A stretch of DNA of 11,406 bases, taken from NCBI GenBank assembly GCA_022792415.1, contig JAAWAY010000182.1, positions 1-11,406 of the forward strand. The letters run 5' to 3'. Below the pieces are notes generated by a model that saw only the letters and a list, made by a program, of their open reading frames with translations, had not been told where the DNA came from and made no database searches. The stretch comes from Eggerthellaceae bacterium. Its GTDB lineage: Bacteria > Actinomycetota > Coriobacteriia > Coriobacteriales > Eggerthellaceae. Below, one piece after another: positions 1-7,237 of the stretch (positions are counted from its first letter, which is position 1; each line of letters begins with the position of its first letter). Made by a program: the position numbers and the translations under genes.

Positions 1-102
1 GAGTGGTACCGGGACGGCAGGCTCAAGGCGTTCGAGGAGGACGGCAGGGTGGTGTACGATACGATCATGGGCCGCAGGAGGCGGCTCGGATACGCGGCCT
101 AG
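1..102 (+). CDS. 3' end of an unidentified upstream gene (truncated by window edge)
   Basis: Frame 1 is open from the window edge to TAG at 100-102. It reads EWYRDGRLKAFEEDGRVVYDTIMGRRRRLGYAA, with G/C-rich third codon positions like the neighbouring genes. It is too short to appear in the ORF track and no family can be assigned. Confidence 0.3.
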   Translation, partial: EWYRDGRLKAFEEDGRVVYDTIMGRRRRLGYAA

Positions 103-277
103 GCATGTCCAAGAATCTGCCGCAGTCCCGTTTGACGACGCCCGGGGACCCGATTCGGCCTCCTGGGGCAGAATCTCCGGAAAGTGGCTGAAGCTGACCA
201 GGTGTTTTGCCGATGAAGGCGCCCACGTGGCCCCGACCAGCGTCGTCAAACCCCCGATTCCTGGCATCTCGCGCCGC

Positions 278-405
278 GGGACGTGCGCGCCGGCCCCCGC
301 GGACCCCGCGGGACGTGCGCGCCGGCCCCCGCGGACCCCGCGGGACGTGCGCGCCGCCCCTCGCGGACGCCGCAGGACGTGCGCGCCGGCCTCCGCGGAC
401 GACGC
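278..405. repeat. Four tandem copies of a 32-bp GC-rich repeat (GGGACGTGCGCGCCGGCCCCCGCGGACCCCGC), each junction forming a CCCGCGG-ACC-CCGCGGG hairpin
   Basis: Copies lie at 278-309 and 310-341 (identical), 342-373 (3 mismatches) and 374-405 (4 mismatches). A partial copy precedes at about 268-277. The 32-nt period is not a multiple of 3, so the overlapping track ORFs (207..482, 227.., 283..714) shift frame at each unit. The array is therefore non-coding. Confidence 0.9.
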
Positions 406-539
406 CGCCCGGCGCCTCGCGGAGCCGCTCGCCGCGCTCGCGGGTTTTCTGGCGCCTGCGCCCCGGCCCCGCGCGACAATAGCCCTCGCACGAGGGCGCC
501 GTCCGCGAGGGGCGGGGCCGCAACCGAAACGGAGGAACC

Positions 540-1742
540 ATGCAAGACACCGCGACCAGCATCGACGAGCTCCTTTCCGACGGCATCAAGAGCACGCCCC
601 CGTCGTTCGTCCGCTCCATCCTGGCCGCCGCCTCCGATCCGGCCGTCACCTCGTTCGCCGGCGGGCTGCCCAACCCCATCTCGTTCCCGCAGGCCGAGCT
701 GCTGGACTCGATGACGCGCGTGGTGGCCGAGCGCGGCGCCGACGCGTTCCAGTACTCCATGACCGCCGGCATCCCCGAGCTGCGCGGGTGGATCGCCGAT
801 CGCTACAACCGCCGCTTCGGCACCGACTACGTCGCCGACGACGTGCTCATCACCACCGGCTCGCAGCAGATCCTCGACCTGCTGGGCAAGGTGCTGCTGG
901 ACAAGGGCGACGGCGTCATCGTGGAGAAGCCCACCTACCTGGCCGCCATCCAGGCCTTCGCGCTCAACCAGCCGACGTTCCGCGAGGTGGAGCTGACCGA
1001 GGACGGCCTGGACATCGACGAGCTCAACGCCGCGCTCGACGCCGGCGCCAAGATGATCTACCTCATCCCCAACTTCCAGAACCCCACCGGGCTCACCTAC
1101 ACCGCCGAGGGGCGCCGCCAGGTGCGCGAGGCGCTGGCCGGCCGCAACATCGTGGTGGTGGAGGACGACCCGTACGGCGAGCTGCGCTTCGAGGGCGAGT
1201 CGCTGCCCTACATCGGCGGGGTCAACCACCCGCACGGCGTCGTGATGGGGTCGTTCTCCAAGACGGTGACGCCGGGCTTCCGCATGGGCTACCTGCTGAC
1301 GAAGGACCACGCGCTGCTCAAGGCCGTCAACACCGCCAAGGAGGCCGCCGACCTGCACACCAACGTGTTCGCCCAGTACGCCGTCTACGACTACCTGACC
1401 CACCACGACCTGGACGAGCACCTGGTGAAGATCCGCGACCTGTACCGCGCCCAGGCCGCGGCCATGGTGGAGGCGATGGAGGAGTTCTTCCCCGAGGGCG
1501 TCGCGTTCACCAAGCCCGAGGGCGGCATGTTCCTGTGGGTGACGCTGCCCGAGGGCGTGTCCACCATGGCTCTGTTCGACAAGGCGCTCGCCCGCAACGT
1601 GGCCTTCGTGCCGGGCGACCCGTTCTACGCCGAGCCCGGCGAGCGCAACACCATGCGCCTGAACTTCACCAACGCCGACGAGGACACCATCCGCGACGGC
1701 ATCCGCCGCCTGGGCGAGGTGATCGCCGAGGAGTTGGCCTAG
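540..1742 (+). CDS. PLP-dependent aminotransferase, class I/II (2-aminoadipate / aromatic aminotransferase-like, MocR-type catalytic domain)
   Basis: 400-aa ORF with GGAGGA (531-536) just before ATG 540. The N-terminal FAGGLPNPISFP motif and the SFSK PLP-lysine motif (SFSKTVTPGFRMGY) are present, followed by a C-terminal MRLNF-type small domain. Codon bias is typical of a high-GC genome. Confidence 0.9.
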   Translation: MQDTATSIDELLSDGIKSTPPSFVRSILAAASDPAVTSFAGGLPNPISFPQAELLDSMTRVVAERGADAFQYSMTAGIPELRGWIADRYNRRFGTDYVADDVLITTGSQQILDLLGKVLLDKGDGVIVEKPTYLAAIQAFALNQPTFREVELTEDGLDIDELNAALDAGAKMIYLIPNFQNPTGLTYTAEGRRQVREALAGRNIVVVEDDPYGELRFEGESLPYIGGVNHPHGVVMGSFSKTVTPGFRMGYLLTKDHALLKAVNTAKEAADLHTNVFAQYAVYDYLTHHDLDEHLVKIRDLYRAQAAAMVEAMEEFFPEGVAFTKPEGGMFLWVTLPEGVSTMALFDKALARNVAFVPGDPFYAEPGERNTMRLNFTNADEDTIRDGIRRLGEVIAEELA

Positions 1743-1820
1743 GCGCCGGGCGGCGAGCCGCCTTCTGATCCTCGCGGTGCCGGGCATCCCTCCGCCAGAC
1801 GCCGACCCCATCGCGAACAA

Positions 1821-1864
1821 CGCGGGCCCGGCCGGGACATTCCGGCCGGGCCCGCGAGATTTTA
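1821..1864 (+). terminator. Rho-independent terminator of the aminotransferase gene
   Basis: A perfect 15-bp stem pairs CGCGGGCCCGGCCGG (1821-1835) with CCGGCCGGGCCCGCG (1842-1856). The loop is 6 nt (GACATT) and AGATTTTA follows the stem. Confidence 0.8.
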
Positions 1865-1903
1865 CGCTCCCTTCACACGCGCCTCACGCTCCCCTCCCAC
1901 CGC
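1862..1903 (+). promoter_or_regulatory. Pho-box-like direct repeats upstream of the Na/Pi transporter gene
   Basis: Hexamers TTTACG (1861), TTCACA (1872), CTCACG (1883) and CCCACC (1895) are phased at 11-12 nt. They resemble the TT(A/T/C)ACA units, repeated on an 11-bp phase, bound by PhoP/PhoB-type regulators. They sit 70-110 nt upstream of the transporter start, and a PhoB/OmpR-type regulator is encoded just downstream. Confidence 0.3.
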
Positions 1904-1971
1904 GCCCCTATCCTCTTCGACGACAAAGGGGCGGCCGGGCCGGGCGCCCGCGACGAGCCGAGGAGGCGCAC

Positions 1972-3006
1972 GTGGACGAGATGATGCGGACGGGGCTGGG
2001 ACTGCTGGGCGGCCTGGCGCTGTTCCTGTACGGCATGAACCTGATGAGCGGCAGCCTGCAGGAGGCCGCGGGCGAGCGGATGCGATCCGTGCTGGCGGCG
2101 GTGGGCCGCAACCCCGTGGTGGGCGTGGTCGCCGGCGCCCTGGCCACGGCGGTGCTGCAGAGCTCGAGCGCCACCACGGTGATGGTCATCGGGTTCGTGT
2201 CGGCCGGGCTCATGCGCCTGCCCCAGGCCGTCCCCCTCATCATGGGCGCCAACATCGGCACCACCATCACGGCGCAGATCCTGGCCTTCAAGCTGTCAGA
2301 CTACGTGCTGGCCATCGTGTTCGCCGGGTTCGTCGCCATGTCGCTGGCGCGGCGGGAGAAGGCCAAGCTGGGCGGGCGGGCGCTGTTCGGGTTCGGCCTG
2401 CTGTTCCTGGGCATCGGCACCATGGGCGACGCCCTGAAGCCGCTCGCGTCCGACCCGCTGTTCACCGACATGATCACCCAGGTGACGGGCGTGCCCGTGC
2501 TGGGCGTGGCCGTGGGCACGCTCATGACGCTCGTCGTGCAGAGCTCGAGCGCCACCATCGCGGTGCTTCAGAACCTGGCCTCGCAGCCCGGCCCCGACGG
2601 CGCGAGCCTCATCGGCCTGGAGGGTGCCATCCCCTTCCTGCTGGGCGACAACCTGGGCACCACCATCACGGCGCTGCTGGCGGCAGCGGGCCAGAGCCGC
2701 GATGCCAAGCGCGTGGCGCTGTCCCACTGCCTGTTCAACCTGTCGGGCTGTTTGCTGTTCGTGTGGATCATCGGGCCGTTCGCGGCGCTGGTGGCCGCCG
2801 TGCCCCCGGCCGGCCCCGAGCTGGAGGTCATCGCGCGGCAGATCGCCAACGCCCACACGCTGTTCAACGTGGCGATGACGGCGCTGTGGCTGCCCTGCGT
2901 GCCGCTCATGGTGCGGATGGTGATGGCGCTGCTGCCCGACCGGCCGCCGCGCCCGCGTGACCCGTTGGCCGCGCGCGACCCGCTGCCCGGGGGCATGGCG
3001 GCGTAG
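1972..3006 (+). CDS. Na+/phosphate cotransporter family protein (NptA/YjbB-like, transporter domain only)
   Basis: The polytopic membrane protein has a duplicated LQSSSATT / VQSSSATI signature, the QSSS repeats of Na/Pi-cotransporter type II. The track ORF begins at 1777, but that N-terminus is Pro/Arg-rich junk. GTG 1972 lies 5 nt after AGGAGG (1961-1966); ATG 1981 (MMRTGLGLLGG) is the alternative start. No PhoU-like C-terminal domain is present; the protein ends in a Pro-rich tail. Confidence 0.85.
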   Translation: MDEMMRTGLGLLGGLALFLYGMNLMSGSLQEAAGERMRSVLAAVGRNPVVGVVAGALATAVLQSSSATTVMVIGFVSAGLMRLPQAVPLIMGANIGTTITAQILAFKLSDYVLAIVFAGFVAMSLARREKAKLGGRALFGFGLLFLGIGTMGDALKPLASDPLFTDMITQVTGVPVLGVAVGTLMTLVVQSSSATIAVLQNLASQPGPDGASLIGLEGAIPFLLGDNLGTTITALLAAAGQSRDAKRVALSHCLFNLSGCLLFVWIIGPFAALVAAVPPAGPELEVIARQIANAHTLFNVAMTALWLPCVPLMVRMVMALLPDRPPRPRDPLAARDPLPGGMAA

Positions 3007-3024
3007 CACCTGGGAAACGGCCTG

Positions 3025-3063
3025 CGGGCGGGGGCATCCGCCCGTCCGGGGGCGGGCTACAAT
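3025..3063 (+). promoter_or_regulatory. Two mutually exclusive GC hairpins plus a TACAAT -10-like hexamer upstream of the response regulator
   Basis: CGGGCGG (3025-3031) pairs with CCGCCCG (3038-3044). The same CCGCCC (3038-3043) can instead pair with GGGCGG (3050-3055). TACAAT lies at 3058-3063, 30 nt before ATG 3093. No U-tract follows. Confidence 0.3.
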
Positions 3064-3092
3064 GAGCGCCGAGCACCGGCGGAAGGAGCATC

Positions 3093-3824
3093 ATGGCGGG
3101 CAGGCCCCTCATCTACTACGTGGAGGACGACGAGCACATCCGCGACCTGGCGGCATACGCGCTGGGTCAGGCGGGGATGGACGTGCGCGGGCTGCCTGAC
3201 GGGTCGGGGCTGGCGGCCCTGTGCCGGGCCGAGCCGCCCGACGCCGTGCTGCTCGACATCATGCTGCCCGGCGACGACGGGCTCACGCTGCTGCGCCGCC
3301 TGCGCGCGGACGAGGCGTGCGCCGACGTGCCCGTCATGATGCTCACGGCCAAGGGATCCGAGTACGATGCCGTGCGGGGGCTGGACGCCGGTGCCGACGA
3401 CTACCTGGCAAAGCCCTTCGGCATGATGGAGCTCATCGCGCGCGTGAACGCCCTGCTGCGCCGCGCCGCGCGCCCGGCCGCGACGGGATCACGCGGGGGC
3501 GGCGAGGAAGGCGAGGTGCTCGAGTCGGGCGGGGTGCGCCTGTCGGCCGCCTCCCACCGCGTGGTGGCCGGCGGGACGGCGGTCGACCTGACGGTGAAGG
3601 AGTTCGACCTGCTGCGCGCCCTCATGGCCCGGGAGGGGCGCGTGCTCACGCGCGCCCAGCTGCTCGAGGAGGTGTGGGGCGTGCTCTACCCCGGCGAGAC
3701 GCGCACGGTGGACGCCCACGTCAAGACGCTGCGCCAGAAGCTCGCCGCAGCCTGCCCCGGGGCCGAGCGGACCGTGGAGACGGTGCGCGGCGTGGGGTAC
3801 CGCTTCCAGGGCGGCGAAAGCTGA
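3093..3824 (+). CDS. OmpR/PhoB-family two-component response regulator
   Basis: The receiver domain has the acidic pocket YVEDDE, the phospho-acceptor context LLDIMLPGDDG, and LTAKG...KPF. The C-terminal winged-helix domain has LTVKEFDLL, VDAHVKTLRQKL and TVRGVGYRF. GGAAGGAG lies upstream of the ATG. Confidence 0.92.
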   Translation: MAGRPLIYYVEDDEHIRDLAAYALGQAGMDVRGLPDGSGLAALCRAEPPDAVLLDIMLPGDDGLTLLRRLRADEACADVPVMMLTAKGSEYDAVRGLDAGADDYLAKPFGMMELIARVNALLRRAARPAATGSRGGGEEGEVLESGGVRLSAASHRVVAGGTAVDLTVKEFDLLRALMAREGRVLTRAQLLEEVWGVLYPGETRTVDAHVKTLRQKLAAACPGAERTVETVRGVGYRFQGGES

Positions 3825-5311
3825 TGGGCCGCGCGCCCAGCCTCTCGCGGCGCCTGTTCCGCGCCGTGCTCGCGTTCGCCCTGGCGGGCATCGTGACGTT
3901 CTCGCTGGTCATCGCCGGCATCTGCTACGCGTCCCTCGAGCGAGACGCCGCCGCCCGCCTGGCCGGCGAGGCCCAGCGCGCCGCCCGGCTGCTCGACGGG
4001 CTGCCCGTCGGCGAGCAGGAGGCCATGCTGGCCGGTCAGCTGGACGATGCCGTGCGGATCACGCTGGTGGCGCCCGACGGCGCCGTGCTGTTCGACAGCG
4101 CCACGGCGTCGCAGGACCTGGGCGGGCTGCCCAGCCACGCCGACCGCCCCGAGGTGCGCGCCGCGCTCGAGAGCGGCGAGGGCGCGGCCGTGCGCCGCTC
4201 CGACACCCAAGGCGGCGACACCGTCTACGCCGCCGCGGCGCTGGCCGACGGGTCGGTGGTGCGCCTGGCCGAGACGCGCGAGTCGCTCGTCGCCTTCTTC
4301 CTGGACGGGCTGGTGGCGCCCCTGGCGGCGGCGCTCGTCATCGCCGCCGTGCTGGTGCTGGTGCTGTCGCGCCTGCTCACGCGCAGCCTCATGCGGCCCC
4401 TCGACCAGCTGGACGCGGCGCGGCCCCTGGAGGGCGAGGCCTACGCCGAGATGGTGCCGCTGCTCGCGCGCATCGACTCGCAGCAGCGCACGCTGCGCGC
4501 CCAGAACGAGGAGCTGGCGCGCGCCGAGAGCCTGCGCCGCGACTTCTCGGCCAACGTGTCCCACGAGATGAAGACGCCGCTGCAGGTGATAGCCGGCTAC
4601 GCCGAGCTCATGGCCAACGGCATGGTGCCGCCCGGCGACGTGGCGCGGTTCTCCGGGGTGATCTACGAGGAGTCCCAGGCCATGCGCGCGCTCATCGACG
4701 ACGTGCTCACGCTCTCGCGCCTGGACGAGCAGGGCGCCGGCACCGCGCAGGCCCCCGTCGACCTGGCCGGGGCCGCGGCGCGCGCGGCGCGCAGGCTGGC
4801 CAAGCCGGCGGCCGACGCGGGCGTCTCGGTGGAGGTGGACGCGGAGGGCCCGGCCATGGTGCGCGGCAGCGAGGCGCTGATCGAGCAGATGGCCTACAAC
4901 CTGGTTGACAACGCCGTGCGCTACAACCACCCGGGCGGCGAGGTGCGCGTGACGGTGCGGCTGGAGGACGCCGCGGGCGCGGAGGCGGGCGCGGGCGCGC
5001 GAGATGGCGCAGGCGCCGCGGGCGCGGGTGGTGAGGACGGCGAGGCGCGTGCCGCCAGCGGCCCGGTGGCCGTGCTCATGGTGGACGACACGGGGCCCGG
5101 CATCCCCCCGCAGGCGCGCGAGAAGGTGTTCGAGCGGTTCTTCCGCCTGGACAAGAGCCGCTCGAAGGAGACGGGCGGCACGGGGCTGGGGCTGGCCATC
5201 GTCAAGCACGTCGCCCTCACGCACGGCGGCAGCGTGTCGGCCGGCGACGCCCCCGGGGGCGGCACGCGCCTCACCGTGCGGCTGCCGGCGATCGCGCCGG
5301 GGGCGGAGTAG
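3824..5311 (+). CDS. Sensor histidine kinase (PhoR/EnvZ-like), translationally coupled to the regulator
   Basis: ATG 3824 overlaps the regulator stop (TGATG). Two TM segments (LAFALAGIVTFSLVIAGICYA and VAPLAAALVIAAVLVLVLS) flank a roughly 130-aa external domain. The H-box is FSANVSHEMKTPL, the N-box LVDNAVRYN, and the G-boxes DDTGPGI and GGTGLGLAIV. The track ORF starting at 3221 is an in-frame upstream extension overlapping the regulator gene. Confidence 0.9.
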   Translation: MGRAPSLSRRLFRAVLAFALAGIVTFSLVIAGICYASLERDAAARLAGEAQRAARLLDGLPVGEQEAMLAGQLDDAVRITLVAPDGAVLFDSATASQDLGGLPSHADRPEVRAALESGEGAAVRRSDTQGGDTVYAAAALADGSVVRLAETRESLVAFFLDGLVAPLAAALVIAAVLVLVLSRLLTRSLMRPLDQLDAARPLEGEAYAEMVPLLARIDSQQRTLRAQNEELARAESLRRDFSANVSHEMKTPLQVIAGYAELMANGMVPPGDVARFSGVIYEESQAMRALIDDVLTLSRLDEQGAGTAQAPVDLAGAAARAARRLAKPAADAGVSVEVDAEGPAMVRGSEALIEQMAYNLVDNAVRYNHPGGEVRVTVRLEDAAGAEAGAGARDGAGAAGAGGEDGEARAASGPVAVLMVDDTGPGIPPQAREKVFERFFRLDKSRSKETGGTGLGLAIVKHVALTHGGSVSAGDAPGGGTRLTVRLPAIAPGAE

Positions 5312-5391
5312 CGGAACGGGCGCAGCGGGGCGGGGCGGGGCGCGGGACGGGGCGTGGGACGAGCCCACCGCGCGGCGCGGGGCAGGCCTCG

Positions 5392-5925
5392 CTAGAGCGC
5401 CAGCGCGCAGGCCGCCGCGATCGCGCCCGCCGCCAAGCCCAGCGCCGCGCCCGCGACGACGTCACGCGGGTAGTGGACGCCGCCCGCCACGCGCAGCGCC
5501 GCCAGGACGACGGCGGCCGCGCCCAAGCCGACCGAGACGGCGGGGGACGCGCACCACCAGCCCGCGGCGATGGCGAAGGCCGAGAACGCGTGGCGGCTCG
5601 GCAGCGAGCGGCCCGCCCCGTCGCGGGCGATGAGCGGGGACACGCCGTCACGCTCGTAGGGGCGCGGCGCGTCGATGCGGGCGCGCACGAGGCTCACCAG
5701 GGCGAACGCGACGCCGAGGATGCCGACCAGCGGCACGAGGCGCACCGGGTCGCGCGCCGCCTCCAGGGCGAGCAGCACCGCGAAGGCCGCATAGAACACC
5801 CAGACGATGGCGCGGTTGGCCGCCCCGAGCGCCCGGGCGAGCGTCGGGCGGGCGCCGCACCACGCGGCCCAGCGGGCGTAGCGTCGCGCGTAGGGACGCG
5901 CCTCGGGTGCGCCTGCGTCGCACAT
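5392..5925 (-). CDS. PAP2-family membrane phosphatase (phosphatidic acid / undecaprenyl-diphosphate phosphatase type)
   Basis: All three PAP2 motifs are present: RARIDAPRP (KX6RP-like), PSRH (PSGH-like) and RVAGGVHYPRD (SRX5HX3D-like). The protein has several hydrophobic helices. The start is taken as ATG 5925 (MCDAGAPE), which overlaps the stop of the upstream sirtuin gene by 1 nt (ATGA). The track ORF extension to 6204 is Arg/Gly junk overlapping that gene. Confidence 0.8.
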   Translation of the reverse strand: MCDAGAPEARPYARRYARWAAWCGARPTLARALGAANRAIVWVFYAAFAVLLALEAARDPVRLVPLVGILGVAFALVSLVRARIDAPRPYERDGVSPLIARDGAGRSLPSRHAFSAFAIAAGWWCASPAVSVGLGAAAVVLAALRVAGGVHYPRDVVAGAALGLAAGAIAAACALAL

Positions 5926-6842
5926 CAGGCCCCCTCCCCCGTCACCGCGTCCAGCACCTGGCCCACCGGGGCGGCCACGCACAGGTCGGCGCGGCGGTCG
6001 GCGTCGGTGGGGCTCAGGTTGACGATGGCCAGGTGGTCGCCCTGGAAGTAGCGCAGGAGCCCGGCCGCCGGGTACACCACCAGCGACGTGCCCGCCACCA
6101 CCAGCAGGCGCGCCTGGGCGACGGCCATCGCGGCCGCCTCCAGCACGGCCCCGTCGAGCGGCTCCTCGTAGAGCACGACGTCGGGCTTGACGACGCCCCC
6201 GCACGAGCAGCGCGGCACGCCGTCGGGCGACGCCGCGCGCAGGGCCAGCATCTCGTCCAGGTCGTAGGCCCGCCCGCAGCCCACGCAGCGGTTGCGGTGC
6301 ACGCTGCCGTGCAGCTCCATCACGTTCCGGCTGCCCGCCGCCTGGTGCAGCCCGTCGATGTTCTGCGTGACCACCGCCGCGCAGGTGCCCTGCCGCTCCA
6401 GCTCAGCCAGGGCCCGATGGGCCGCGTTGGGCCGTGCGGCGGGGTGCACCATGTGGTCGAAGTAGAAGTCGAAGAACGCGCGCGGGTGCGCGTCGAAGAA
6501 CGAGCGCGACACCATCTCCTCGGGCGAGCGCTCGCGTCCCTGGGAGAACACACCGCCCGCGCTGCGAAAGTCGGGGATGCCGCTCTCGGTGGACACGCCC
6601 GCCCCGCCGAAGAACACCAGGCCGCCCGGCGGGCACTCCCCCACCCAGCGGCGCAGCGTCGCGACGCCGCGCTCCGCCTCCTCGCCGCGCGATCCGGCCG
6701 CATCCGCTGGCGACACCGTGGGCGGCGCGGCGCCCGTGTCCGCAGGCGTCGGCCCAGCCGCCTCCAAGGCCTCCCGGCCCGTCGCGTTCGCGTTTGCCGA
6801 CGTCGACGTCGCCGCGAGCGCGCCCCGGTCTCGATCGCCCAT
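5925..6842 (-). CDS. cobB: NAD-dependent protein deacylase, Sir2/CobB family
   Basis: Motifs present are GGAGVSTESGIPDFRS, TQNIDGLH, ELHGS and the zinc ribbon CVGC...CSCGG followed by KPDVVLYEE. The start is taken as ATG 6842 (MGDRDRG), preceded by GAGGTGG. The track ORF continues to 7139 only because the purine-rich tract lacks stops. About 55 aa of low-complexity N-terminus precede the catalytic core. Confidence 0.88.
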   Translation of the reverse strand: MGDRDRGALAATSTSANANATGREALEAAGPTPADTGAAPPTVSPADAAGSRGEEAERGVATLRRWVGECPPGGLVFFGGAGVSTESGIPDFRSAGGVFSQGRERSPEEMVSRSFFDAHPRAFFDFYFDHMVHPAARPNAAHRALAELERQGTCAAVVTQNIDGLHQAAGSRNVMELHGSVHRNRCVGCGRAYDLDEMLALRAASPDGVPRCSCGGVVKPDVVLYEEPLDGAVLEAAAMAVAQARLLVVAGTSLVVYPAAGLLRYFQGDHLAIVNLSPTDADRRADLCVAAPVGQVLDAVTGEGA

Positions 6843-7060
6843 GTCCCACCACCTCGCATCCGCACCGAATCCTTCGAGGTACAGGATAGCCCACCGGCGC
6901 GGCCGCCACCATACAACCCGCGGGACGCGACCTTCAGCCGTTCCCGGCATGAAGCCCACCAGACGGCCCTCCGCCCTTCGACGGCCCTCTACCACATAGC
7001 GCCAGGCGGCCCGCCTCCTTCCAGCATGAGCCCCCTCGGCCGCGCAGGCCATCAGACGCG

Positions 7061-7185
7061 ACCTTCCGACCTCCCAACCTCCCCCCCTTCCTCTTCCCCC
7101 CTTCCTACCTTCCCCCCTTCCGACCCTCCTTCCGACCATCTCCCATCCCCCTTTCCTTCCCGCCTTTCCACCTCCCTGCCTCCCG
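7061..7185 (+). repeat. About 125-nt polypyrimidine (C/T) low-complexity tract with internal short repeats
   Basis: Only about 15 purines occur in about 125 nt on the + strand. CCTTCCGACC occurs three times (7062, 7117, 7128). TTCCCCCCTTCC-type units recur every 13-15 nt. The tract lies 220-340 nt upstream of the sirtuin start, where it is purine-rich on the sense strand. Confidence 0.85.
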
Positions 7186-7237
7186 GCAACCTGCCAGTGA
7201 CCCGCCAGCCGCCTTCAGCGACTTTTCACCCCGCCTC

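Noticed and set aside
278-405. CRISPR array interpretation of the 32-bp repeats
   Set aside because: The repeats are directly adjacent with no spacers, and no cas genes are present in the window.
227-1820. Very long ORFs overlapping the aminotransferase gene (227..1768 +, 513 aa; 246..1820 -, 524 aa)
   Set aside because: The translations are Arg/Pro/Gly/Ala-rich with no motifs. They are alternative or antisense frames of a clearly recognisable PLP enzyme gene. Stop-poor alternative frames are expected at this GC content.
3686-5368. 560-aa minus-strand ORF antisense to the histidine kinase; also 5004..5633 + and 5271..5651 -
   Set aside because: The products are low-complexity and Arg-rich, lie antisense to or out of frame with a motif-complete kinase, and have no ribosome-binding site.
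5925-6842. Sir2-domain gene beside a prophage as an anti-phage defence effector (Thoeris/DSR-like)
   Set aside because: The protein has the full canonical sirtuin deacylase motif set and zinc ribbon. It is of normal size, has no fused sensor or partner genes, and is coupled to a housekeeping-type PAP2 gene. It is most simply a CobB-type deacylase.
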